A stretch of 64,000 bases of DNA, from NCBI GenBank assembly GCA_052387815.1, contig JBQTIU010000022.1, forward strand, positions 104,913-168,912, written 5' to 3'. Under the pieces are notes generated by a model. That model did not search any database. It worked only from the letters and a program-made list of their open reading frames with translations, and was not told the DNA's origin. Origin of the DNA: Pseudomonadota bacterium. Its GTDB lineage: Bacteria > Pseudomonadota > Alphaproteobacteria > CACIAM-22H2. Of this stretch, positions 9,972-20,200 are shown one piece after another (the stretch's first letter is position 1; every line of letters begins with the position of its first letter). The translations under genes were made by a program, and so were the position numbers.

Positions 9972-11882
9972 TCAGACTTTCGGTTCCCCGAGTGTGCGCG
10001 GCACGAAACGATGGAGGACCGAGCCGGCGCCCGACAGGCCGACCGCGGCGGCCAGGATCGGCGCCGAGGAGCCGAAGAAGCACAATCCCCCGGCCCCGAA
10101 CAGCAGCCGCGCCGGCCACGACACCGCCCGGTCCAGATGGCCCTCGACGGCGATGGCCAACAGCACGACGCCGATGATCGCGAGAACAGTGGACCCGACG
10201 ATGCCGACAAAATCTCCCGTCAGGAGAATCGATTCATGATAGGCGAACGCAAACGGGACCACGAAAGCGACGATGGAAATGCGACAAGCGAGGACGGAAA
10301 GCGTCAGCGGATTGCTTTTCGCGATCGCCGCCACGGCATAGGCGGCGATGGCGACCGGCGGCGTCACCGCCGACAGCACCGCATAATACAGGATGAACAT
10401 GTGCGCGGCCATCAGCGACACGCCGAGCTTCACCAGCACCGGGCCGATGAGCACGGCGGCGAGAATGTAGGAGCTCGAGGTCGGCAATCCGAGACCGAAG
10501 ACGATGGTCAGCACTGCGGTGACGAGCAACGACACGAACACGCTGTTGCCCGTTATGAGCGTGATCACGTCGGCGAATTTGGCCACCAAGCCCGTCATCG
10601 TCAGCCCGCCGACGATCAAGCCGGCCGCCGCGCAGGCCCCGGCCACCGGCGCCATCCGCAACGTGGTTTCGCTCAAGGCGTCGAAGAGCGCGACGAGCCC
10701 TATCCGGGTTCGCGGCCTGATCGCCGCGACGGCGACGACGGCGACGGTGGCGACCACCGCCGTCAGGTTGACCGACAGGCCCGCCGCGATCGCCAGCACC
10801 AGCACGAGGATCGGGATCACGAACACCCAGCCCTGGGCAATGGTCGCGCGCGCGCTCGGAATTTCGGATGGGTCCAAGCCCTTGAGGCCGAGCCGGAGCG
10901 CGCTCAAGTGCACCTGCGCATAAATGCCGAGGTAGTAGAGGAAGGCGGGGATGGTCGCCGCGATCATGATCTCCACATAGGGGATGCCGGTGTACTCGGC
11001 CATGATGAACGCCGCCGCCCCCATGACCGGCGGCGCGAGCGAGCCGCCGGCGGAGGCCGCGACCTCGATCGCGCCGGCGAGTGTGGGCGGATATCCCAGG
11101 CGTATCATGACCGGGATGGTGACCGATCCGGTGGTGAGCGCGTCCGAGACCGGATTGCCGGAGATCGTTCCGTAAAGGCCAGAGGAGATGACCGCGATCT
11201 TGGCCGGGCCGCCCACCGATTTCCCGGTGAGTCGCGCCGCCAGGTTGAAAAAGAACTCTCCCCCGCCGGCTTTGACCAGCATCGTCCCGAACAGCACGAA
11301 CAAGAAAGCATAGGTGGCGGCAACGCGCAGCGGCGCGCCGAAGATGCCGTCGGTCGTGAAGACGATGATGTCGAGGAAGTGGTCGTAGGGGATGAAGCCG
11401 TGACCGAGCGGGCCCGAAAGACGATGGCCGAACAGGTCGTAGGCGAAAAAGAACAGGACGAGCAGGGTGAGCCCCAGCCCCGTCGTTCGCCGCGACACTT
11501 CGAGGACCAACAAGAGCAGAGCGGTTCCGAACAGGATATCGAAGGCTGTCAGCTCGTCGAACAGCGTCATCCGGGTGATGATCGTCCTGCTGTTGGCGAC
11601 GAAGTAGAGACCGGTGACGGCGGCGGCCAGCGCCAATCCCCAGTCGAGCGGCGGGATGCGCACCGGATCGGCGTCCGCTGTCGCGCCGATGATGAGGAAC
11701 ACGAGCACCAGCATCGCCGCCAAGAAAACGATGGTGAGCTGGAAGAGATCGACGATCGCGTAGACCGTCCCGTAGATGACGCCGACGGCGATGAGAGCCG
11801 CCAGCACCTTGGCTCCCCCCCCGACCCAGCCGCCTGGAGCTCGGATGCTGCCGGTGCCGAACAGCAGATCAACCGCCGTCAT
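9972..11882 (-). CDS. TRAP transporter fused permease (DctQ-DctM fusion, TAXI-associated type)
   Basis: 636 aa, highly hydrophobic polytopic protein typical of the 4TM/12TM fusion. Confidence 0.85.
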   Translation of the reverse strand: MTAVDLLFGTGSIRAPGGWVGGGAKVLAALIAVGVIYGTVYAIVDLFQLTIVFLAAMLVLVFLIIGATADADPVRIPPLDWGLALAAAVTGLYFVANSRTIITRMTLFDELTAFDILFGTALLLLVLEVSRRTTGLGLTLLVLFFFAYDLFGHRLSGPLGHGFIPYDHFLDIIVFTTDGIFGAPLRVAATYAFLFVLFGTMLVKAGGGEFFFNLAARLTGKSVGGPAKIAVISSGLYGTISGNPVSDALTTGSVTIPVMIRLGYPPTLAGAIEVAASAGGSLAPPVMGAAAFIMAEYTGIPYVEIMIAATIPAFLYYLGIYAQVHLSALRLGLKGLDPSEIPSARATIAQGWVFVIPILVLVLAIAAGLSVNLTAVVATVAVVAVAAIRPRTRIGLVALFDALSETTLRMAPVAGACAAAGLIVGGLTMTGLVAKFADVITLITGNSVFVSLLVTAVLTIVFGLGLPTSSSYILAAVLIGPVLVKLGVSLMAAHMFILYYAVLSAVTPPVAIAAYAVAAIAKSNPLTLSVLACRISIVAFVVPFAFAYHESILLTGDFVGIVGSTVLAIIGVVLLAIAVEGHLDRAVSWPARLLFGAGGLCFFGSSAPILAAAVGLSGAGSVLHRFVPRTLGEPKV

Positions 11883-12082
11883 CGGCCGGCCCCCCTAGGG
11901 CCTGCTTTCGCAACAAAGCGAGTCGTGATGACGCCTTTCGGATCGGCAACCGTAGGGGCGAGTTTCGAACCCGCCTCCACAGGACCAACTGTTTGCTCCC
12001 CGGTCTCCCGTTTTCGCGGCTGGCGCTCGAAAACGCGATCCCGGGTCCTGGGTCGGCGCCGGCCTGCGCCCCTTTCCCGTGT

Positions 12083-13066
12083 CTAACTCTGGAGCCTCTT
12101 CTCCTTGAAGTACTTCACGGCGCCGGGGTGGTAGGGGATCACGCCTTGGCTCACCATCAGCTCCGGGGTGAGCGCCTTCATCGACGGGTGAACGCCTTGC
12201 ATCTTGTCGATGTTCTCGACGAGCGCCTTCGCCAGATTGTAGGCGGTCTTCTCGTCCATGCTCTCGTGCACGACCAAGCTGGCGCCGAGCGAGACGGTGG
12301 GGATGTCCTGGGTCTGGAAATCGTAGGATTTCGCCTTGATCACGTAAGGATCGATGCCGACCTCCGCCGCCACTTTCTTGATCACGGACTCGGAGATCGG
12401 CAGCATCACCACGTCGAGCGCGTGGGCGACCTCGAGGATCGATTTCTGCGGCACGAAGATGCTGTTGTTGATCATGTCGATGCGGCGGTCCTTCATCAGG
12501 TCGCTCTGCTCCTCGGAGGCCGCATAGACGACCAGGCCGCCCCTTTGCTCGATCTCAGCGAGGGGAAACCCGATGGCCGCGAACAGCCGCTCGGAAATGT
12601 GCTCGGCGATGTTGCCGCGCTTGTTGACGGCGACCCGAAGCGGCGGTTTCTTCGCCGCAATGTCGTCGAAGGTCTTGATTCCATATTTGTCGGCGAAGCT
12701 TTTCGTCACCACGATCTGCTGCGGCGACCAGTTGTAGAGGTTGGCGATCACTCGCAGCTCCTTGACCGGCGCCCTGAACGGCGCCGTGCCTTCGGTCGCG
12801 ACCTTGAGCTCGGCGCCGTGCACGATGCCGAGCGGGGCGCGGTTCTGCTGAACGAGCAAAACATTCGCGAACCCGCCGCCCGAGGTCTGGTAGGTGATGG
12901 TCGAGCCGGGAAAGGCGGCTTTCACCGCCCCGTCGACCCCGAGCCCGATCAGCGACCACAGCCCGCCCGGGCTCGCCCCGGCCAGCGTCAAATTGTAGGG
13001 CTGCGCGCCGGCCGGGCTCGCCGACAGCGCCACGATCGCGGAACCAATGAGCGCCAGACGCCGCAT
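12083..13066 (-). CDS. TAXI family TRAP transporter solute-binding subunit
   Basis: 327 aa with signal peptide; sits immediately upstream of the fused TRAP permease on the same strand. Confidence 0.85.
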   Translation of the reverse strand: MRRLALIGSAIVALSASPAGAQPYNLTLAGASPGGLWSLIGLGVDGAVKAAFPGSTITYQTSGGGFANVLLVQQNRAPLGIVHGAELKVATEGTAPFRAPVKELRVIANLYNWSPQQIVVTKSFADKYGIKTFDDIAAKKPPLRVAVNKRGNIAEHISERLFAAIGFPLAEIEQRGGLVVYAASEEQSDLMKDRRIDMINNSIFVPQKSILEVAHALDVVMLPISESVIKKVAAEVGIDPYVIKAKSYDFQTQDIPTVSLGASLVVHESMDEKTAYNLAKALVENIDKMQGVHPSMKALTPELMVSQGVIPYHPGAVKYFKEKRLQS

Positions 13067-13261
13067 GATCGCCTCCTGATGGTCGAGACCCGGACGAAGG
13101 AACGCGCCGGTCCGTTTGGCCTTGTCTCTTCGGCGTTCGGACCGGCCGCCGCCGAAGCCCGCAATGCAATCCCTTAGAATGCTAACCGTCGTAGACGCTA
13201 TCAGCGAGGGGCGGTATGGTCAAGCCCGGCCCGGAGGCCGGATTTTTGGGACGCGGACGCC

Positions 13262-14488
13262 ATGGCGGGCCAAGTGTACCTTATCGTCGGTGCGGGGCAC
13301 GCCGGCGGACGGGCGGCGGAGACCATCCGCCAGGCGGGTTTCGCCGGCACCCTGGTGCTGGTCGGCGAGGAGCGCTATCGCCCTTACGAACGGCCGCCGC
13401 TGTCGAAGGAGCTCCTGCTCGCTCCGGCCGCGGCCCATCTGCCGTTCCTGCGCGAGGGCGGATACTACGCGGCCGAGCGCATCGATTTTCGGCCGGGCAT
13501 CCGCGTCATGGCCCTCGACCGGGCCGCGCGGCAGGTCCTCTTGTCCACCGGCGACAGGCTCGCCTATGACCGGCTGCTGCTCGCCACCGGCGGCCGGGCG
13601 CGCACGCTTGCGGTCCCGGGGGCGGACCTCTCCGGGGTGCTCACGTTGCGCGACCTCGACGATTGCCAGGCCATCGCGGCCGGGCTGCGGCAAGGGGCTT
13701 CCGTCGTCGTTATCGGCGCCGGGTTCATCGGCCTCGAGGTGGCGGCGGCGGCGCGCACGCGCGGGGCCCGCGTCAGCGTGCTCGAGGCCACCGAGCGGCT
13801 GATGGGGCGCGCCGTGCCGCCGGACATCGGCGACATCTTCGCGCGCCTCCACCGCGCCCGCGGGGTCGAGCTTCGCCTCGGCATCGGGGTGATCGGGTTC
13901 GAGGGTCGGGCAAAAGTCGAACGGGTCGTGCTCGGCGACGGCACCGCCTTGGCGGCCGACCTGGTCGTGGTCGGGATCGGGATCAAGCCCAACGACGAGC
14001 TGGCCGCGGATTCCGGCCTCGCCGTCGCCGACGGCATCCTGGTCGACGAATTCGGCGCCACCTCGGACCCGCGCATCGCTGCCGCCGGCGACGCGACCCG
14101 GCACTACAATCCGTCGCTCGGCCGCCATTTGCGCCTCGAATCCTGGCACAACGCCCAGAACCAGGCGATTGCGGTGGCGCGGACCATGTGCGGGGCGCCG
14201 ACCCCTTACGCGCAGGTGCCCTGGTTCTGGACCGACCAGTACGACGTCAACCTGCAGATGGTGGGCGCGCCCGAGAGCATCGACGGGCTGGTCTTCCGCG
14301 GCGACCCGGCGGGCCCGAGATTCACCGCCTTCGCCCTTGCCGGTGGCGCGGTGGTCGCCGCCTACACCCTCAATGCCGCCCGCGACATGCGCTTGGCGCG
14401 AAAATTGGTCGAGGCCAACATGCGGGTGGACCCGGGTTCTCTCGGCGACGAGAAACTGCCGCTCAAGGACGTTGTGGCGCGCGGCTGA
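13262..14488 (+). CDS. FAD-dependent ferredoxin reductase (pyridine nucleotide-disulfide oxidoreductase) for Rieske oxygenase systems
   Basis: 408 aa; N-terminal GAGHAG and central GAGFIGLE dinucleotide-binding motifs. Confidence 0.85.
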   Translation: MAGQVYLIVGAGHAGGRAAETIRQAGFAGTLVLVGEERYRPYERPPLSKELLLAPAAAHLPFLREGGYYAAERIDFRPGIRVMALDRAARQVLLSTGDRLAYDRLLLATGGRARTLAVPGADLSGVLTLRDLDDCQAIAAGLRQGASVVVIGAGFIGLEVAAAARTRGARVSVLEATERLMGRAVPPDIGDIFARLHRARGVELRLGIGVIGFEGRAKVERVVLGDGTALAADLVVVGIGIKPNDELAADSGLAVADGILVDEFGATSDPRIAAAGDATRHYNPSLGRHLRLESWHNAQNQAIAVARTMCGAPTPYAQVPWFWTDQYDVNLQMVGAPESIDGLVFRGDPAGPRFTAFALAGGAVVAAYTLNAARDMRLARKLVEANMRVDPGSLGDEKLPLKDVVARG

Positions 14489-14994
14489 TACGCATCGGCA
14501 AGAATAATATTGGTTTTCATGCGCTCAAGGATAACGCGCAGCCGCCGCATCTCATCGGGCGCGATGCCCTGGCCCAAGACCTGGTTTACATCGAAGGCGC
14601 AGGGCATCAGCCTCGCTTTCAGCTTGCGGCTCTTCGGCGTCAGGTAAACATTGATCTTGCGGCGATCGACCGGGTTGCGCAGTCGCTTGACCAAGCCGCG
14701 CCTTTCCATGCCGGCCAGCGCGGTTACCGTCGTCGGCTCCATCATGCGGACCCGCCGGCTCAGCTCGCGCTGGGTGAGGCCGTCCTCCTCCCACAGCACC
14801 CACAGGAAGTACCACTGCCCGAGACTCACGCCCGCCGGCGCGATCCTTTGTTGCAGCGAGCGCGACGCCGCGCGGAAGACCTCGCGGATGAGATAGCCAA
14901 TGCTGTCCTGCGGCTTGTAGTCGAAGGCGGCGCGGGAGAGGGCGGTCGAATTGGCGCGGGCGGATCGGGGCGGCGATTTCGAGGACGGCATGGT
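14362..14994 (-). CDS. MarR family transcriptional regulator with an unusual ~40-aa C-terminal tail
   Basis: Winged-HTH MarR core; start at the internal Met (14994); the ORF continues 126 nt into the convergent reductase gene. Confidence 0.7.
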   Translation of the reverse strand, partial: TMPSSKSPPRSARANSTALSRAAFDYKPQDSIGYLIREVFRAASRSLQQRIAPAGVSLGQWYFLWVLWEEDGLTQRELSRRVRMMEPTTVTALAGMERRGLVKRLRNPVDRRKINVYLTPKSRKLKARLMPCAFDVNQVLGQGIAPDEMRRLRVILERMKTNIILADAYQPRATTSLSGSFSSPREPGSTRMLASTNFRAKRMSRAALRV

Positions 14995-14999
14995 TTCTC

Positions 15000-15971
15000 T
15001 TAGGCGGCCATCAGCGCGGCCACGTGGGCGGCGGCCGAGGCGGCGAGGGCCTTCAAGTCGTAGCCGCCCTCGAGCGCGGAGACGATGCGGCCCTTGGCGT
15101 GGGTGCGCGCCACCTCGGCGAGCGCCGCCGTCACCCATTCGTAGTCTTCTTCCCTGAGCATGAGGGACGCCAAGGGATCGGCCTCGTGGGCATCGAAGCC
15201 GGCCGAGACGATCACCAGCTCGGGCGCGAATTTGTCAAGCGCCGGCAGGATCTCCTTGGTGAAGGCGGCGCGAAACTCGGGCCCCCCCGAATGGCTCGCC
15301 AACGGCACGTTGACCACGTTGCCGATCCCGCGCTCCCCGGCCGCCCCGGTGCCGGGATAGAACGGATACTGATGGGTCGAGGCGTAGAACAGCGACGGGT
15401 CGCGCTCGAACATGTGTTGCGTGCCGTTGCCGTGGTGGACGTCGAAATCGACGACCGCGACGCGGGCAAGGCCGTGCGCCGCGCGCGCATGGAGGGCGCC
15501 CACCGCGACGTTGTTGAACAGGCAGAACCCCATCGCACGCGCCGCCTCGGCATGATGGCCGGGCGGGCGGACCGCGCAGAAGGCGTTCTTGGCCTCGCCC
15601 TTGCATACCGCATCGACCGCCGCTACCACGGCGCCCGCCGCGCGCAACGCCGCCTCGCCCGAGCCGGGGCTGACCACCGTGTCGGGGTCGAGGCCGCAAC
15701 GGCCCGCGCGCGGGATGGTGGCGAGGACCGCCTCGACATAAGCCCCCGCGTGGGCGAGCCTGAGGTGCCGGTCTTCGGCCAGCGGCGCCTCCCGGCGCTC
15801 GAGGCCGCGGACCTCGGCCAGCCCCGCCAGCACCGCCTCGAGGCGGGCCGGGGATTCCGGGTGATAGGTCCCGGGATCGTGGCCAAGACAGGCGGAATGG
15901 CTGAGGACGAGCGTGGTCAAGGGGGCGGCGGTCCCAAAAAATTCGACGGGGGCGTTAGCGTTCTCGGCCAT
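15000..15971 (-). CDS. histone deacetylase-family amidohydrolase (AcuC / acetylpolyamine amidohydrolase-like)
   Basis: Contains the VDFDVHHGNGTQ zinc/catalytic segment of the HDAC superfamily; start at Met10 (15971). Confidence 0.85.
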   Translation of the reverse strand: MAENANAPVEFFGTAAPLTTLVLSHSACLGHDPGTYHPESPARLEAVLAGLAEVRGLERREAPLAEDRHLRLAHAGAYVEAVLATIPRAGRCGLDPDTVVSPGSGEAALRAAGAVVAAVDAVCKGEAKNAFCAVRPPGHHAEAARAMGFCLFNNVAVGALHARAAHGLARVAVVDFDVHHGNGTQHMFERDPSLFYASTHQYPFYPGTGAAGERGIGNVVNVPLASHSGGPEFRAAFTKEILPALDKFAPELVIVSAGFDAHEADPLASLMLREEDYEWVTAALAEVARTHAKGRIVSALEGGYDLKALAASAAAHVAALMAA

Positions 15972-16158
15972 TGTGGCAGGCCGGGGCGCGCCCCACAAGG
16001 CGCGCTTACACGCGGCCTTCCCAAGCGCCCGGCCGACCGACTATAATCAAGATGGAAATTACCGTCGCTTCGTGCCCCCTTGCGCTTGGGGCGGGGCGGC
16101 GCTTTTTTCGGCTTGGTGTTTTCCGCGCCTCGGTTGAGGCCAAGGGAATGATGGCGGC

Positions 16159-17241
16159 ATGCGGGTATTGATGCAGCTCGCGGTGGTCGTGGTGCTCGCC
16201 GGGGTCGGCACGGGCGGGTGGTACTATTGGAAGCAGTACGGAGGGGTCGGCGCCGCCACCGATGCCGGGACGCCGGCGGGACGCAGCTCTCCGGTCCCGG
16301 TCGAGGTCGCCGAGGTCCGCGCCGGCGCGGTCATCGAGCGCGTCGAGGCGGTGGGGACCGCGCGCGCCAACGAGTCGGTGATCGTCGCGGCCAAGCAGAC
16401 CGGCAACGTCGCGACCATCAATTTCATCGAGGGCCAGCGCATGCGCGCCGGCTCGACGCTGGTCGAACTGGAGGCGGGGGAACGGCGGGCGGATGTCGAC
16501 CAGGCGCACGCCCTGCGCGACGAGGTTCGCCAGCGTAACGACCGCGCCCGTCAGCTCCGCGGGACGGGCAGCGTCACCGAGGCGCGGCTCGACGAGCTCG
16601 AGTCCCTGCTCCGGGCCGCCGAGGCCCGCGTGCGCTCGGCCGAGGCGCGGCTCCAAGACGCGCGCATCACGGCGCCCTTCGACGGCCGGGTCGGCCTGCG
16701 CCAGGTGAGCCTCGGGGCGCTCCTGCAGCCCGGGACCCAGATCACGACGCTCGACGACATTTCGCGCATCAAGCTCGACTTCTCGGTGCCTGAAACCGTG
16801 TCCGGCCGCCTCAAGCCGGGGCTCGCCGTGCTCGCCACCACCCCCGCCTATCCCGCCCGCGTGTTCGAGGGCAAGGTGAGCGTGATCGACACGCGGATCG
16901 ACCCGGCGACCCGCTCGGTGCGCGTCAACGCGCTGTTCGACAACTCCGACGAGGCGCTCAAGCCGGGACTGTTCCTGTCGGTCGTGCTGGCGCTCTCACG
17001 ACGCGACGACGCGCCGCTCTTGCCCGAGGATGCGGTCCTCGCCGAGGGGCTCGCCCATTTCGTCTTCGTGGTCAAGGACAACCGCGTCGAACGCCGCCAG
17101 GTCAAGCTCGGCCAGCGCCGCCAAGGCGAAATCGAGGTGCTCGAGGGGCTGTCCGTCGGCGACACCGTCGTGGTACGCGGCCTCCAGAAGATCCGCGGCG
17201 GCCAATCGGTCGCCCCCCGGCCGCTCCGGCCGACGAGCTAG
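16159..17241 (+). CDS. RND efflux periplasmic adaptor (membrane fusion protein)
   Basis: 360 aa; N-terminal TM anchor, coiled-coil region, beta-barrel C-terminus; directly upstream of the RND permease. Confidence 0.85.
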   Translation: MRVLMQLAVVVVLAGVGTGGWYYWKQYGGVGAATDAGTPAGRSSPVPVEVAEVRAGAVIERVEAVGTARANESVIVAAKQTGNVATINFIEGQRMRAGSTLVELEAGERRADVDQAHALRDEVRQRNDRARQLRGTGSVTEARLDELESLLRAAEARVRSAEARLQDARITAPFDGRVGLRQVSLGALLQPGTQITTLDDISRIKLDFSVPETVSGRLKPGLAVLATTPAYPARVFEGKVSVIDTRIDPATRSVRVNALFDNSDEALKPGLFLSVVLALSRRDDAPLLPEDAVLAEGLAHFVFVVKDNRVERRQVKLGQRRQGEIEVLEGLSVGDTVVVRGLQKIRGGQSVAPRPLRPTS

Positions 17242-17247
17242 AGTCTC

Positions 17248-20200
17248 ATGATCCTCTCCGACGTCTCGATCAAGCGCCCGGTCTTCGCCTCGGTCATCAG
17301 CCTGATGCTGGTGGTGCTCGGGCTCGGCTCGTATCTGCGCTTGCCGGTGCGCGAATATCCGGCCATCGACCCGCCGATCGTCTCGGTGGTCACGGTCTAC
17401 AAGGGCGCCTCCAACGAGGTCATGGAAGGCCGGGTGACCGAGCTCATCGAGGCGGCGGTCGCCGGCATCGAGGGCGTCAAGACGATGACCTCGTCGAGCC
17501 GCGAGGAGCGCAGCCAGGTCACCATCGAATTCCGCCTCGATCGCGGCATCGACGCCGCCGCCGCCGATGTCCGCGACCGGGTGGCCCGCATCGCGGCCCG
17601 CCTGCCCGAAGGCGCCGACCTGCCGGTGGTCACCAAGGTCGACTCCGACGCCCGCGCCATCGTCTGGTTCACCCTGACGAGCGACCGCATGAGCCAGATG
17701 CAGCTCACCGACTACGCCCGGCGCTATCTTGTGGACCGCATGTCGATCGTGCCGGGCGTCGCCTCGGTGTTCATTTCCGGCGAGCGGCGCTACTCGATGC
17801 GGGTGTGGATCGACCGCCAGGCGCTTGCCGCCCGCTCGCTCACCGTCGAGGATGTCGAGCAGGCGATCAAGCGGCAGAACGTCGAGCTTCCCGGCGGCCG
17901 CATCGAAAGCCGGGCGCGGGAATTCACGGTCAAGACTGACTCGCGGCTCGCCACGCCGGAGGAGTTCGCCGCCGTCATCGTCGTCAACCGCGCCGGCTAT
18001 CACGTGCGGCTGGGCGAAGTCGCCAGCGTCGAGGTCGGGCCCGAGGACGAGCGCGGCGAGCTGCGCGCCAACAGCCAGACCGCGATCGGGTTGGGCGTAC
18101 TCCGGCAGTCAACCGCCAACACCCTTTCGGTCGCCGAAGGCGTCAAGGCCGAGATGGACCGAATCCGGGCCTCGATGCCGCCCGAGATCTCGGTGCTGAT
18201 CGGCTACGACGAGTCGGTGTTCATCCAGGAATCGATCCGCGAGGTCATCCACGCCCTGATGGTCGGCGTCGGCCTGGTGATCGGCGTGATTTTCCTGTTC
18301 CTGCGCTCGGTGTGGGCCACCGTCATCCCGGCGATCTCCATTCCGGTGGCGATCATCGCGGCCCTGACCGTGATCTGGTCGCTCGGCTTCTCGATCAACG
18401 TGCTCACCTTGCTCGCCCTCGTGCTGGCTATCGGCATCGTGGTCGACGACGCGATCGTGGTGCTCGAGAACGTCCACCGGCGCATCGAATTGGGCGAACC
18501 GCCGCTCTTGGCCGCAATGCTCGGCTCGCGCCAGATCGCCTTCGCCGTCATCGCGAGCACGCTCACGCTCATCTCCGTGTTCGTGCCGATCTCGTTCATG
18601 GAGGGCAACACGGGCCGGCTGTTCGGCGAGTTCGGCCTGGCGCTCGCGGCCGCGGTCTTGTTCTCGGGCGTGGTGGCGCTGTCGCTGACGCCGATGATGT
18701 GTTCGAAGCTGCTCAAGACCCACGACGAGGAAGGCTGGCTCTACCGTAAGACCGAGATCGTCTTCATCGGCCTCAACCGGGGGTACCGCTTCCTGCTCGC
18801 CGGCGCGCTCAAGGCGCCCCTGATCGTGCTCGCCGGAGCCGTGGCGGTTTCCGGCTTCGCCTATATGCTATGGAACGTGCTACCCAAGGAATTCACGCCG
18901 GTCGAGGATCGCGGGGTCATCATCCTGCCGGTCACCGCCCCCGAAGGGGCGAGCCTCGCCTACACGCGCGAGCAGGTGATCCAGCTCGAGCGCATCGTCG
19001 CCCCGCTCGTCGAACAGGGACAGGCTTACGTCATCATGGCCAATATCGCGCCGGGCTTCCAGCGCCCGGCGCCGGTCAATTCGGCCCTGGTGTTCGTCCG
19101 CCTCAAACCGTGGGACCAGCGGACCCGCAAGCAGCAGGACATGACGCAGGAGATCTTCCCGAAGGTGCTCGCCGTCCCCGGGGCGCGCGCCTTCGCCGTC
19201 AACCCGCCGAGCCTTGGCCAGCGCGGCTTCCAGCCGCCTATCCAGTTCGTCATCGGCGGCTCGGATTACACGACCTTGCGCGCCTGGCGCGACCGCATCA
19301 TCGAGCGGGCCGGGCGCGACCGCCGGTTCCTCAACCTCGATTCGAACTTCCGCGAGAACAAGCCCGAGCTGCGCGTCAAGATCGACCGCAACAAGGCGGC
19401 CGACCTCGGCGTATCGATCGACCAGGTCGGCAAGACCCTCGAGATCATGTTCGGATCGCGCGAGGTCAACACCTATGTCGACCGCGGCGAGGAATACAAG
19501 GTGATCGTCCAGGCGCGGTCCGAGGACCGCGCCACGCCGGCCGACCTTGCCAGCATCTTCGTGCGCTCGAACTCGACCGGCCAACTCATCCCGCTGTCGA
19601 ACCTGGTATTCCTCGCCGAGGCGGCGGGACCGCAGGAGCTCAACCGGGTCGACCGGCTGCGCTCGATCACCATCTCGGCCTCGCTCGCGCCCGGGTTCCC
19701 CATCTCCGACGCGCTCGAGACGCTCGAGCGGGTCGTCGCCGAGGAACTGCCGCCCGAGGTCAGGATCGGCTATCAGGGCCAGAGCCGCGAATACAAGGAG
19801 TCCTCGAGCAGCCTCTATGTCACCTTCGGGCTCGCCCTGGTCATCGTGTTCCTGGTGCTGGCCGCCCAGTTCGAGAGCTGGATCCACCCGTTCATCATCA
19901 TGCTCGCGGTCCCGCTCGCCGTCACCGGCGGCCTGTTGGCGCTGTTCCTCATCGGCATCAGCCTCAACGTCTACAGCCAGATCGGCATGATCCTCTTGAT
20001 CGGGCTGATGACGAAGAACGGCATCCTGATCGTCGAGTTCGCCAACCAGCTGCGCGATCAGGGCAAGGACATCCCCGAGGCCGTGCTCGAGGCGGCGGTC
20101 ATCCGGCTGCGGCCCATCCTCATGACCTCGATCTCGACCGTCGCCGGCGCCGTGCCGCTGGTCATCGCGGTGGGCGCCGGCGCCGAAAGCCGGGCCTCGA

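Noticed and set aside
11883-12082. Possible tRNA-derived fragment (GTAGGGGCGAGTTTCGAACCCGCCTCCAC)
   Set aside because: It contains a TTCGAAC T-loop-like motif, but no acceptor or anticodon arms could be folded by eye; it may instead be another degenerate REP copy. This is not supportable without tRNAscan.
9741-12086. 781-aa ORF on the plus strand
   Set aside because: It is antisense to the TRAP fused permease and TAXI genes. The translation is extremely R/D/G/E/H-rich low complexity, typical of wrong-strand reading in high-GC DNA.
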